Source of the DNA: an uncultured Cytophagaceae bacterium
Lineage (GTDB): Bacteria; Bacteroidota; Bacteroidia; Cytophagales; Microscillaceae
Reading direction: 5' to 3'
Assembly (NCBI GenBank): GCA_964551015.1
Contig: CAZKBP010000003.1
Span: 21,327 to 85,326, forward strand
Length of the DNA: 64,000 bases
This document shows positions 1-8,846 of the stretch, piece by piece. A program made the translations under genes and the position numbers. The notes beneath the pieces were generated by a model. That model did not search any database and was not told the DNA's origin. It worked only from the letters and a program-made list of their open reading frames with translations. Numbering within the stretch: position 1 is the first letter of the stretch; the number at the start of each line of letters is the position of its first letter.

Positions 1-303
1 CCCGGAATGCCTACACAGTTTTCCTTTACTGCTATCAAAACTACGGCTGAAATGCGTCAGGAATTAGGTAACCCAGATTTCAATTACGAAATCGCTTGTA
101 CAGAAGTCTGTGGTAGAGGGCACTTCGCAATGAAATATATCATTGTGGTAGAAGAACCCGAAGAATACGAAGCTTGGTTTGCTGAGCAGACGCCTTTCTT
201 AGAAATTAATCCAGAGTTAAAAGGTAAAGGTATGTCTGATTTGAGAAAGAAAAACTTGGCGAAACAGAAAAAAGAAGAATCTTTGGAAACAGCAGGTATT
301 TAA
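1..303 (+). CDS. coxB: Cytochrome c oxidase subunit II, C-terminal fragment (5' end lies outside the window)
   Basis: CuA site motif C-x-E-x-C-G-x-G-H-x-x-M in ...EIACTEVCGRGHFAMKY. No CxxCH, so no fused cytochrome c domain (aa3- rather than caa3-type). Directly upstream of coxA. The track's Met at 7 is internal; the frame is open to position 1. Confidence 0.8.
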   Translation, partial: PGMPTQFSFTAIKTTAEMRQELGNPDFNYEIACTEVCGRGHFAMKYIIVVEEPEEYEAWFAEQTPFLEINPELKGKGMSDLRKKNLAKQKKEESLETAGI

Positions 304-359
304 TATTATATAAGACAGAAAAAACCATCAAGAGAAAGACAAGATAAATATACTAAACT

Positions 360-2252
360 ATGGCAACAGAATCTCACACGGCACATGATCATGATCTTCA
401 CATAGGTCATGATCACGATCATGAGCACCACGAAGAAGGTTTTATTAAGAAATACGTCTTCAGCGAAGACCACAAAACAATCGCGAAGCAGTTCCTGATC
501 TCAGGTTTGATCTGGGCTTTTATCGGAGGAGCGATGTCAATTATCTTCCGATTACAGCTGGGTTTCCCAGATATGGATATCAGCTTCCTGAGGCCTATCA
601 TTGGGGATTATATTAACGAAAATGGAAAAATAGGACAAGAGGCTTACCTTGCCTTCGTAACGATGCACGGTACTATCATGGTATTTTTCGTGCTCACAGC
701 AGGTTTGAGTGGTACGTTCAGTAACTTCCTCATTCCTCTGCAAATTGGAGCACGAGATATGGCTTCTGGTTTCTTGAATATGCTCTCTTACTGGTTCTTT
801 TTTGCGGCCAGTGTGATCATGTTTGCTTCCTTATTCTTAGAATCAGGCCCGGCAGCGGGTGGATGGGTGGTTTACCCCCCATTAAGTGCCTTGCCAGAAG
901 CCATATCAGGTTCTGGTGCAGGGATGACCTATTGGCTGATCAGTATGTCCCTCTTTATCGTTTCTACCTTATTGGGCGGTATTAATTACATTACGACCGT
1001 AATTAACATGAGAACCAAAGGGCTGTCTTTTGCTCGCCTACCACTGACAATATGGGCATTTTTCTTGACGGCGATTATTGGTCTCCTGTCTTTCCCTGTA
1101 CTATTTGCAGCGGCACTTCTGTTGATTTTTGATAGAAGTTTTGGTACAAGCTTTTACTTATCAGAGATTTATATTGGTGGAGAAGCACTCCATCATCAAG
1201 GTGGTAGCCCTATCTTGTATCAGCACTTATTCTGGTTCTTAGGACACCCTGAGGTTTACATTGTATTATTGCCTGCGCTTGGTATTACCTCAGAGGTCAT
1301 TGCTACTAATGCAAGAAAGCCAATCTTTGGTTATCGTGCGATGATTGGTTCAATGATTGGTATTGCTATTTTGTCCTTCATCGTGTGGGCTCACCACATG
1401 TTCGTAACGGGTATGAATCCTTTCCTAGGTTCTATCTTTATGTTCTTGACATTGATTATTGCTGTACCTTCTGCGGTCAAAGCCTTTAATTACATCACAA
1501 CACTATGGAGAGGTAATATTATCTTTACCCCCGCAATGTTGTTTTCCATTGGATTAGTATCTGTGTTTATCTCGGGTGGTGTAACTGGAATTGTACTTGG
1601 TAACAATGCTTTGGATATCCAACTACACGATACCTATTTTGTGGTGGCTCACTTCCACATTGTAATGGGTAGTGCTTCCTTCTTTGGGTTCATGGCGGGT
1701 GTTTACCACTGGTTCCCCAAGATGTTTGGTAGAATGATGGACGAAAAGCTTGGGTATGCTCACTTTTGGTTGACTTTTATCGGGATTTATTTAGTATTCT
1801 TCCCAATGCACTATATGGGTATTGCTGGCTTCCCTCGTCGTTATTATTCACACACAGGGTATCAGGCGTTTGATGTTTATCACGATTTGAGTGCTTTCAT
1901 CAGTGTTGCGGCTATTTTAACCTTCGCTGCACAGGCAATATTCGCTTTCAACTTCATTTACAGCATATTCCGTGGTAAAAAAGCTTCTCAGAATCCTTGG
2001 AATTCCACAACACTGGAGTGGACTACCCCCAGACTACCCGGGCACGGCAACTGGCCAGGAAAAATACCTTACGTATACCGTTGGCCTTATGATTACAGTA
2101 AGCCTGATTCAGATAAGGATGGGTTTACGGATTTTATTCCACAACACATTCCTCACTCTCAGACTCCTCATTCCAACCTAGAGCACGAGAATGAGATCAT
2201 GAAGAGACAGGAAGTAGATGAAGATCTGAAAATTGATGACCAAAAAGCATAA
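360..2252 (+). CDS. coxA: Cytochrome c oxidase subunit I (heme-copper oxidase catalytic subunit)
   Basis: 630 aa with at least 12 TM helices. Conserved motifs GHPEVYI, WAHHMF and HFHIVMG (heme a/a3 and CuB His ligands). His-rich N-terminus. Confidence 0.95.
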   Translation: MATESHTAHDHDLHIGHDHDHEHHEEGFIKKYVFSEDHKTIAKQFLISGLIWAFIGGAMSIIFRLQLGFPDMDISFLRPIIGDYINENGKIGQEAYLAFVTMHGTIMVFFVLTAGLSGTFSNFLIPLQIGARDMASGFLNMLSYWFFFAASVIMFASLFLESGPAAGGWVVYPPLSALPEAISGSGAGMTYWLISMSLFIVSTLLGGINYITTVINMRTKGLSFARLPLTIWAFFLTAIIGLLSFPVLFAAALLLIFDRSFGTSFYLSEIYIGGEALHHQGGSPILYQHLFWFLGHPEVYIVLLPALGITSEVIATNARKPIFGYRAMIGSMIGIAILSFIVWAHHMFVTGMNPFLGSIFMFLTLIIAVPSAVKAFNYITTLWRGNIIFTPAMLFSIGLVSVFISGGVTGIVLGNNALDIQLHDTYFVVAHFHIVMGSASFFGFMAGVYHWFPKMFGRMMDEKLGYAHFWLTFIGIYLVFFPMHYMGIAGFPRRYYSHTGYQAFDVYHDLSAFISVAAILTFAAQAIFAFNFIYSIFRGKKASQNPWNSTTLEWTTPRLPGHGNWPGKIPYVYRWPYDYSKPDSDKDGFTDFIPQHIPHSQTPHSNLEHENEIMKRQEVDEDLKIDDQKA

Positions 2253-3342
2253 AACAACAGGGCAGGTTATCTTCGGGAGACTGGGGATAACCACCCTAAT
2301 TGCTATATATCTCCTCATACTAGCTGGTGGAATTGTAAGAAGTACGGGTTCAGGCATGGGCTGTCCTGATTGGCCTAAATGTTTTGGACAATGGGTTCCC
2401 CCCACAGAAGCTGACCAACTTCCATCCAATTACAAAGAAATATACGCTCAGCAGCGCAAAGAAAAAAACGCTAAATTACAGACCTACCTTTCTTTTCTTG
2501 GTTTCCACGAACTAAGTGATCGTATGCAGAATGATGCTTCTATGTATGTAGAAGCCGATTTCAATGCCTACAAGACTTGGATAGAATACCTCAATCGTCT
2601 ACTTGGTGTGGTGGTGGGTTTTCTAATTCTGTTTCTATTATTAGCATCTTTTGCCTACTGGAAAACAGATGCACTCATTCCTCGTCTGGCTTTCTTAACA
2701 TTGGTCTTAGTAGGATTTCAAGGATGGATTGGTTCCATTGTGGTATCTACCAATCTATTACCCGGTATGATTACTTTGCATATGAGCTTGGCCGTTCTTA
2801 TTGTTTTCTGTGTGATCTATATGTTGCACCGTGTTTACCGAGATCAAATGCGGAAGCCTACTATTCGCACTAACAAGAAAATGCTAAATGTGTCGTTGTT
2901 GGCCATCTTGCTCATATCAATGATCCAAGTATTGATGGGAACTCAGGTCAGAGAAGCGATTGATCAAGTTGCTAAAGTACTCGGAGGTGGGAGCAGAGGT
3001 CAGTGGATAGAAGAACTGGGTCTGACATTTTACATACACAGGTCTTTTTCTTTGCTCATTTTAGGAGCTCATACTTTTTTTCTGCATAAACTTTGGCAGA
3101 ATACATCTTCTAAAAATACGATTTTGTCCAAGAGCTTTCTGATTCTACTGGGGATGGTTTTGGCAGAGATTATTTCAGGAGCTTCCATGGCCTATTTAGG
3201 AATGCCAGCTTTTTTGCAACCCATACATTTATTGTTGGCAGTGGCGATGCTGGGAATACAGTTCTTTTTACTTTTGCATATTAATTTTGCGGAAACCACG
3301 AAACCAACGTCTAAGATTTTAGAAAAAGCATTGGAGGTGTAG
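2236..3342 (+). CDS. ctaA: Heme A synthase (COX15/CtaA family)
   Basis: N-terminal GSGMGCPDWPKCFG motif typical of COX15/CtaA and a polytopic membrane protein. Track start 2233 is TTG; ATG at 2236. Overlaps the coxA stop by 17 nt, suggesting translational coupling. Confidence 0.75.
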   Translation: MTKKHKTTGQVIFGRLGITTLIAIYLLILAGGIVRSTGSGMGCPDWPKCFGQWVPPTEADQLPSNYKEIYAQQRKEKNAKLQTYLSFLGFHELSDRMQNDASMYVEADFNAYKTWIEYLNRLLGVVVGFLILFLLLASFAYWKTDALIPRLAFLTLVLVGFQGWIGSIVVSTNLLPGMITLHMSLAVLIVFCVIYMLHRVYRDQMRKPTIRTNKKMLNVSLLAILLISMIQVLMGTQVREAIDQVAKVLGGGSRGQWIEELGLTFYIHRSFSLLILGAHTFFLHKLWQNTSSKNTILSKSFLILLGMVLAEIISGASMAYLGMPAFLQPIHLLLAVAMLGIQFFLLLHINFAETTKPTSKILEKALEV

Positions 3343-3345
3343 CCT

Positions 3346-4245
3346 ATGATCACAAGTGAATTAACAAGAGAAACAATTGTTTTAAGCACAGCCCAAAAAG
3401 CAAAATTGTATTGGGCTTTACTTAAACCCCGCTTATCATTCTTAGTAGCTTTCTCAGCGGCTTTTGGTTATTTATTAGGAATTTCAGGTGAAATTAATTG
3501 GCTCAACTTTTTAGCTTTGAGTCTTGGTGGTTTTTTTGTCTCAGGCACTTCGGTGATCATCAACCAGATTATAGAAAAAGATTTAGACAAAAAAATGAAT
3601 CGTACTCAAAAGCGACCCTTGCCCGCAGGTCAGATCACTCAAGAGAATGCGACTACTTTTGGCTTTATCACCGGATTATTAGGCTTTACGCTTTTGTTGG
3701 TATTCACAAACTTTTTAACTGCATTACTTTCTCTATTTTCGCTCTTTCTTTACGGATTCATATACACACCACTCAAAAGAATTGGCCCTATCGCGGTGAT
3801 TGTGGGAGCTTTACCGGGTGCTTTACCTCCCTTACTGGGATGGGTGGCTGCTACGGGAGAGTTAAGTTTTGAAGCTTTCGTTATATTCATGGTACAATTT
3901 GTCTGGCAGTTTCCACACTTCTGGGCAATTGCTTGGGTGGCCGATGATGATTATCAGAAGGCAGGTTTTAGGCTCTTACCTTCTAAGCGGGGGAGGGATT
4001 TTAATTCTGCTTTACAAATTACGCTTTGTACCTTGTTCTTGATACCAGTAGGCATCCTACCCAGTCAGCTAGGAATTACAGGAGTTGTTTCTGCTTATTT
4101 GGTGAGCTTATTGGGTTTGTTGTTTTTGATACCGACCCTGCGATTGCTGTTTAACCCTTCGCGTAAGGCAGCTTTACAAATCATGTTTGGTTCTTTCCTG
4201 TATTTACCCCTGACTCAGATCATATACTTGATAGATAAGCTCTAA
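3346..4245 (+). CDS. ctaB: Protoheme IX farnesyltransferase (heme O synthase, UbiA family)
   Basis: 299-aa polytopic protein. UbiA-type Asp/Arg-rich motifs (NQIIEKDLDKKMNRTQKRPLP). Sits in the cox cluster after ctaA. Confidence 0.85.
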   Translation: MITSELTRETIVLSTAQKAKLYWALLKPRLSFLVAFSAAFGYLLGISGEINWLNFLALSLGGFFVSGTSVIINQIIEKDLDKKMNRTQKRPLPAGQITQENATTFGFITGLLGFTLLLVFTNFLTALLSLFSLFLYGFIYTPLKRIGPIAVIVGALPGALPPLLGWVAATGELSFEAFVIFMVQFVWQFPHFWAIAWVADDDYQKAGFRLLPSKRGRDFNSALQITLCTLFLIPVGILPSQLGITGVVSAYLVSLLGLLFLIPTLRLLFNPSRKAALQIMFGSFLYLPLTQIIYLIDKL

Positions 4246-4328
4246 AGACTCAAACTATGCTAGGGATTTATGAGTTATCATAGTCAAGAATAAATAAAGA
4301 TAAAAACGCTTCTTAGAGTAAAACATAT

Positions 4329-4925
4329 ATGGAAGAGAATTTGAAATTAACATTTGCCGAAGAGCCAAGAGAAACATTATCCATGCATCCGCAGAAATTT
4401 GCGCTGTGGTTGTTCATCGTGAGTATCATTATGCTCTTTGCGGCCTTCACGAGTGCTTATATTGTAAGACAAGCCGAAGGAAACTGGTTGGTGTTTGACC
4501 TGCCCCAATTATTTTGGTATAACTCTATCGTGTTGATTGCCAGTAGTGCTACGATGCATTGGTCGGTGGTCAATGCACGTCAAGATAAGATCAGTTTGCT
4601 TAGAACGGCCATTTCTATTACAACTGTATTAGGATTGACTTTCTTGGTGGGGCAATATTTAGCTTGGGGCGAATTGGTGCGTGACGGCGTATTCTTTGCT
4701 GGAAGTGAATCTAATCCGGCTGGTTCTTTTATGTACGTGATTACTGGTATGCACGGGCTGCATTTGGTCAGCGGTGTCATCTTTTTGTTGATTGCGCTTT
4801 ATTCGGCATTTACCTACAAGATACATTCAAAGAATATGACACGCTTAGAAATGTGCGCAACTTACTGGCATTTTCTGGATATTCTTTGGTTATATCTGTT
4901 TGCTTTCTTAATATTGAATCATTAA
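4329..4925 (+). CDS. coxC: Cytochrome c oxidase subunit III
   Basis: 198 aa, 5 TM. Conserved HxxDxxW-like C-terminus (YWHFLDILWLYLF). In the cox cluster. Confidence 0.8.
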   Translation: MEENLKLTFAEEPRETLSMHPQKFALWLFIVSIIMLFAAFTSAYIVRQAEGNWLVFDLPQLFWYNSIVLIASSATMHWSVVNARQDKISLLRTAISITTVLGLTFLVGQYLAWGELVRDGVFFAGSESNPAGSFMYVITGMHGLHLVSGVIFLLIALYSAFTYKIHSKNMTRLEMCATYWHFLDILWLYLFAFLILNH

Positions 4926-4977
4926 TCTGAATTTATCGTCAATAATATAAAATCTAATCTAATCCGAATATACATTT

Positions 4978-5754
4978 ATGGCAACGGTTGCAACTCAAGA
5001 GGAACAAAAGCAGGGTATTGATTGGAATGGGGGGAACCAACCCTTCAAGGCCAGTTGGGGAAAGCTCATGATGTGGTTTTTCCTGCTTTCAGATGCTTTT
5101 AGTTTCTCCTCCTTATTGATCGCGTATGGTCTGATCCGATACAGTCATTCTGCCTACGAAGGTGCGGTCGAAGACTTTACATTCTCTCTTGACTACTGGC
5201 CCATTCCTGAAAAGGTTTTTGACGCTGCTCCTTTCTTTCACGGAGTAGAGCTTCCACTGGTTTTTGTGGGGATTATGACCTTCATCTTGATTATGAGTAG
5301 TGTTACGATGGTACTAGCCGTAGAGGCAGGGCATCGTGGTGATCGTAAAGACGTAGAAAAGTGGATGCTCTGGACGATCTTGGGTGGAGCGACTTTTTTA
5401 GGTTGTCAAGCTTGGGAATGGACACACTTTATCATGGGAACGGACACAGGACAGGCTACTGATCTTTATGGAAATATTATCCAAGGAGCGAATCTTATCC
5501 AAAACCAATACGGACCAACTCCTTTTGCAAATCTTTTCTTCTTTATTACTGGTTTTCACGGGCTTCACGTTACCAGTGGAGTGGTGATCAATATTATTAT
5601 TTTCTACAACGTAGCGATTGGTATTTACGACCGTCCGGAGAGGAAGCTTGATCCCGGAGCGGAACCCTACGAAATGGTGGAAAAAGTAGGTCTTTACTGG
5701 CACTTTGTTGATCTGGTTTGGGTCTTTGTTTTTACCTTTTTCTACCTAGTCTAA
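4978..5754 (+). CDS. Second cytochrome c oxidase subunit III-family protein (longer paralog)
   Basis: 258 aa. C-terminal YWHFVDLVWVFVF matches the subunit III signature. It has an N-terminal extension relative to the upstream coxC. Confidence 0.7.
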   Translation: MATVATQEEQKQGIDWNGGNQPFKASWGKLMMWFFLLSDAFSFSSLLIAYGLIRYSHSAYEGAVEDFTFSLDYWPIPEKVFDAAPFFHGVELPLVFVGIMTFILIMSSVTMVLAVEAGHRGDRKDVEKWMLWTILGGATFLGCQAWEWTHFIMGTDTGQATDLYGNIIQGANLIQNQYGPTPFANLFFFITGFHGLHVTSGVVINIIIFYNVAIGIYDRPERKLDPGAEPYEMVEKVGLYWHFVDLVWVFVFTFFYLV

Positions 5755-5785
5755 TTAATCAAAGAAAGCTTAAAATTATAGAGAT

Positions 5786-6130
5786 ATGGCGGAAACACAA
5801 CAACTAGAAAGTACTCAGGTACAGACCCAAAGTGGGCATAGTGAACATAAAAAACCTCAAACCAAGCTCATCTGGAAGACTTTCTGGATACTTTTGGGGC
5901 TTACCGTATTAGAATTTATTATCGCTTTTACCTTACCCTCGTCTATGTTTAAGGTAGGGTTATTTATCTTCTTGACCATCGTAAAAGCAGCCTATATCGT
6001 AGGAGAATTCATGCACTTGCGCTATGAAGTGAAGTTTTTGATTTGGACAATTTTGCTTCCTATGATCTTTGTCGCTTGGCTCTTGTTAGCTCTGATTACA
6101 GAAGGAGGATCGATTTTCTACGGAGGATAA
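5786..6130 (+). CDS. Small 3-TM protein, probably prokaryotic cytochrome oxidase subunit IV
   Basis: 114 aa with a hydrophilic N-terminus and three hydrophobic helices. Position after subunit III is typical for subunit IV (COX4_pro-like). Confidence 0.5.
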   Translation: MAETQQLESTQVQTQSGHSEHKKPQTKLIWKTFWILLGLTVLEFIIAFTLPSSMFKVGLFIFLTIVKAAYIVGEFMHLRYEVKFLIWTILLPMIFVAWLLLALITEGGSIFYGG

Positions 6131-6192
6131 TTCTTACGAACAAAAGAATCCGGCGATTGGTTTACTGATAAATCAATCGCTTTTTTCATGCT

Positions 6193-6918
6193 ATGAATAG
6201 AACGAATCAATATATTACCTTAGCTGTATTAATCATATTACCCATTCTGATCTTCCTTTTTTTGCAAGGGTTTGGACAGAATTATTACACCTTGGATATA
6301 TACCATACAAAATGGTTGGAAGAAGTAGAGGTAGAAGGAGAACCCTACATCGATACGGTACGTGATGCGAGTAAGTTGAAAGGAAAAAAGATTGTAGATA
6401 CGCTTTATCATACCATTTCTGATTTCAAATTGACCGATCAAAATGGAGAATCCTTTACCCGAAAAGATTTAGAGAATAAAATACACATTGCAGATTTTAT
6501 TTTCACTCGCTGTGGAAATCCGACTTTCTGCCCTCGCATGAGTAAGCAACTACAAAGAGTACAAAAAGAGTTTGCTGCGCAAGAAGAGGTAGAACTTGTC
6601 TCCTATACGATTGATCCTGAGTATGATACTCCTACCGTTTTGAAAGCATACGCGCAGGATTATAATGCTAATCCTGAAAAATGGCACTTCCTCACGGGTG
6701 ATAAAAGAAAGATTTACGACTTGGCCTTCAACGCTTATAAGGTAAGTGCTATGGATGAAGAAAAAACGATTACCCCAGATTTTTTGCACTCTAATAAACT
6801 AGTGTTAGTCGATAAGCAGGGACGTATCCGTGGCTACTACAACGGCTCTGATACCGAAGATGTGGATAAACTAATTGTGGAAACAAGAGTTTTATTAAGC
6901 GAATATCAAGCTAGTTGA
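6193..6918 (+). CDS. SCO1/SenC-family copper chaperone (thioredoxin-like)
   Basis: N-terminal TM anchor. Thioredoxin-fold pattern F.LTDQNGE...FIFTRCGNPTFCP...VSYTIDPEYDTP...HFLTG matches SCO1/SenC, although the Cys spacing is atypical. In the cox cluster. Confidence 0.7.
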   Translation: MNRTNQYITLAVLIILPILIFLFLQGFGQNYYTLDIYHTKWLEEVEVEGEPYIDTVRDASKLKGKKIVDTLYHTISDFKLTDQNGESFTRKDLENKIHIADFIFTRCGNPTFCPRMSKQLQRVQKEFAAQEEVELVSYTIDPEYDTPTVLKAYAQDYNANPEKWHFLTGDKRKIYDLAFNAYKVSAMDEEKTITPDFLHSNKLVLVDKQGRIRGYYNGSDTEDVDKLIVETRVLLSEYQAS

Positions 6919-6963
6919 ACCTAATCTATTCAGTTACAATCATTACATCTTAAATAAAAAAAT

Positions 6964-7524
6964 ATGAATAACGGAAGTTTGGGAAACCAAGCCTTGGAAA
7001 AGGAAAACAAAATATATTTGACCCTCATCGGCGTCATCTCAGTGGTCGTGCCTTTGTTGGTGGCTTTTCTTCTCTTCGGAGGGAAAGCCACTCGGATTGA
7101 TGGTTTGAACGTTGCTTTTCTGCCACACCTCAACGCGGTACTCAACACGGCAACTTTTGTTTGTTTGATTTTGGGTTTTGCGATGATTAAACAAAAGAAG
7201 ATTGCCTATCATCGTACTTTCATGATGTCAGCCTTTGTGTTATCAAGTATTTTTCTGATTTCTTATGTGATTTACCATAATAACGCCGAATCAACCTCTT
7301 ATGGAGGAGTAGGGCTGCTGAGATATGTTTACTTTTTTATCCTCATTACACATATTATCTTGGCGACGGTGGTTGTGCCTTTAGTGCTTTTAGCGATTTA
7401 CTTTGCTTGGACCAAGCAGATCACGCGCCACAAGAAAATAGTTAAATGGACTTATCCGATTTGGACTTACGTGGCTTTCACGGGGGTAGCGGTTTATTTA
7501 ATGATTAGCCCTTATTATAGCTAG
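6964..7524 (+). CDS. DUF420 membrane protein (CtaM-like oxidase assembly factor)
   Basis: 186 aa, 4-5 TM. DUF420 proteins (B. subtilis YozB/CtaM) are typically encoded next to cox genes; the position and topology fit. Confidence 0.55.
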   Translation: MNNGSLGNQALEKENKIYLTLIGVISVVVPLLVAFLLFGGKATRIDGLNVAFLPHLNAVLNTATFVCLILGFAMIKQKKIAYHRTFMMSAFVLSSIFLISYVIYHNNAESTSYGGVGLLRYVYFFILITHIILATVVVPLVLLAIYFAWTKQITRHKKIVKWTYPIWTYVAFTGVAVYLMISPYYS

Positions 7525-7649
7525 GTAAAGAAACTTACAAAAGCCTGTAAATGTTATACTTATAGATAATCAAAGGAAAAAATAGACTCGCCAAATGGTA
7601 GAACCACGGCGTTTTCTGGCCATCTGGTGAGCATCAATCCATAGCAATT

Positions 7650-7925
7650 ATGAAAAAAATATTTAATCGTAAATACATTCTTCTGCTTGTGTTCTTTCTG
7701 GCTTTTAGCTGGCAAAATGCTTGGGCACAGTGCGCAATGTGCCGTGCTACCGTACAAAATCAAGCAAGTGATGGCGGAGATTTAGTAGCAGGGCTGAACG
7801 CAGGTATCTTGTATCTGGCAGCCATGCCCTATGTGATTTTTGCGATCATAGGCTATGTTTTTTATACCAATACCAGAAAGAAAAATGTCAGAAAAAACCA
7901 AGTTACAAGCCATCGCTGGGGCTAA
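7650..7925 (+). CDS. Small secreted or membrane protein with a CAMC motif (hypothetical)
   Basis: 91 aa. Signal peptide (LLLVFFLAFSWQNAWAQ) is followed by CAMCRA, then one TM helix and a basic tail. The ATG start overlaps the next gene's start by 41 nt. Confidence 0.35.
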   Translation: MKKIFNRKYILLLVFFLAFSWQNAWAQCAMCRATVQNQASDGGDLVAGLNAGILYLAAMPYVIFAIIGYVFYTNTRKKNVRKNQVTSHRWG

Positions 7926-8292
7926 ATGTCCTCGTTGCCGAGTAGGGGAAATGTTCCAATATTCTACTTATCACCTAGGAGGCTTCAAATTTATGGAAAT
8001 GCATAAGAACTGTCCCCAGTGCGATTTCAAGTATGAAGTAGAGCCCGGATTTTTTTACGGGGCCATGTATATCAGTTATGCCTTCTCGATTGCAATCAGC
8101 GTAGCAGGTAGTGTGGCGACTTACGTGTTGGGAGGAGATCCAGACGCTTGGGTCTATATCACGGTGGTCTCTGTCTTACTTTTTTTGGCTGTACCTTTTT
8201 CCTTCCGCTACGCCCGAGTGCTAATGCTTCATGTATTCGCAGGTATTAAATATCGCCCTGAGTTAGCAGAATCTCTTGAAAAGAGAGAATAA
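7885..8292 (+). CDS. DUF983-family membrane protein (CPxC...CPxC zinc-ribbon-like N-terminus)
   Basis: CPRCRVGEM...CPQCDF followed by two or three TM helices. Size and pattern fit DUF983. ATG at 7885 is preferred over the track's upstream start. Confidence 0.5.
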   Translation: MSEKTKLQAIAGAKCPRCRVGEMFQYSTYHLGGFKFMEMHKNCPQCDFKYEVEPGFFYGAMYISYAFSIAISVAGSVATYVLGGDPDAWVYITVVSVLLFLAVPFSFRYARVLMLHVFAGIKYRPELAESLEKRE

Positions 8293-8349
8293 GTCCTATC
8301 TTTGTGAAAATTGCACGTACATTCATCAAAAAAATCAATCTTATATCTT

Positions 8350-8802
8350 ATGAAGTCTGCACTCTACCGTATCGGTTTGTTCGTTTCTATCTGTATTTAT
8401 GTTTGGGCTTGCTCCTCAGAAGGTAATCAAAAAAACGCAACAACTAATACTTCCGCGTCGTCCTCTGATAATGAGGTTGAGGTAAGCGAAAACGATGAAC
8501 CAGAATTAAGCGAACTTGCTCAAAAAGGTAAAAAAATATTTGAGATCAATTGTGCACAATGTCATTTGATGAGCAAAGAAGTATTGATTGGCCCTGGCTT
8601 AGCTGGGGCAACGGCCCGAAAAGACAAGGAATGGATACTCGCCTTTATCAAAAACTCTCAGAAAGTAATCCAAAGTGGGGATGAGTACGCGGTAGCACTG
8701 TACGAAGAATATAACAATACCGTGATGACGAGCTACTATGGTACAGACGAAGAATTAGAAGCCATTTATGCTTACTTGAAAGCTTACGAAAACGAAAGCT
8801 AA
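8350..8802 (+). CDS. Class I c-type cytochrome (lipoprotein-like), candidate electron donor to the aa3 oxidase
   Basis: CAQCH heme-binding motif and a Met-rich distal region. Lipobox-like VWAC after a hydrophobic leader. Last gene of the cox cluster. Confidence 0.75.
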   Translation: MKSALYRIGLFVSICIYVWACSSEGNQKNATTNTSASSSDNEVEVSENDEPELSELAQKGKKIFEINCAQCHLMSKEVLIGPGLAGATARKDKEWILAFIKNSQKVIQSGDEYAVALYEEYNNTVMTSYYGTDEELEAIYAYLKAYENES

Positions 8803-8811
8803 CCTGATTAT

Positions 8812-8846
8812 GGGAAGAGCCGAATAGCTCTTCCCACTTTTATTTT
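8812..8846. terminator. Rho-independent terminator, bidirectional between convergent genes
   Basis: GGGAAGAGC-cgaata-GCTCTTCCC perfect 9-bp stem (8812-8835) followed by a T-rich run (acttttatttt). Confidence 0.6.

Noticed and set aside
6193-6918. Possible alternative identity of the SCO1-like gene as a generic thiol-disulfide oxidoreductase (TlpA/ResA).
   Set aside because: The Cys spacing (C-x5-C) is atypical for both families. However, the overall motif order (DQNGE...C...CP...DPEYDTP...LTG) and the cox-cluster context fit SCO1/SenC better, so I kept that call with reduced confidence.
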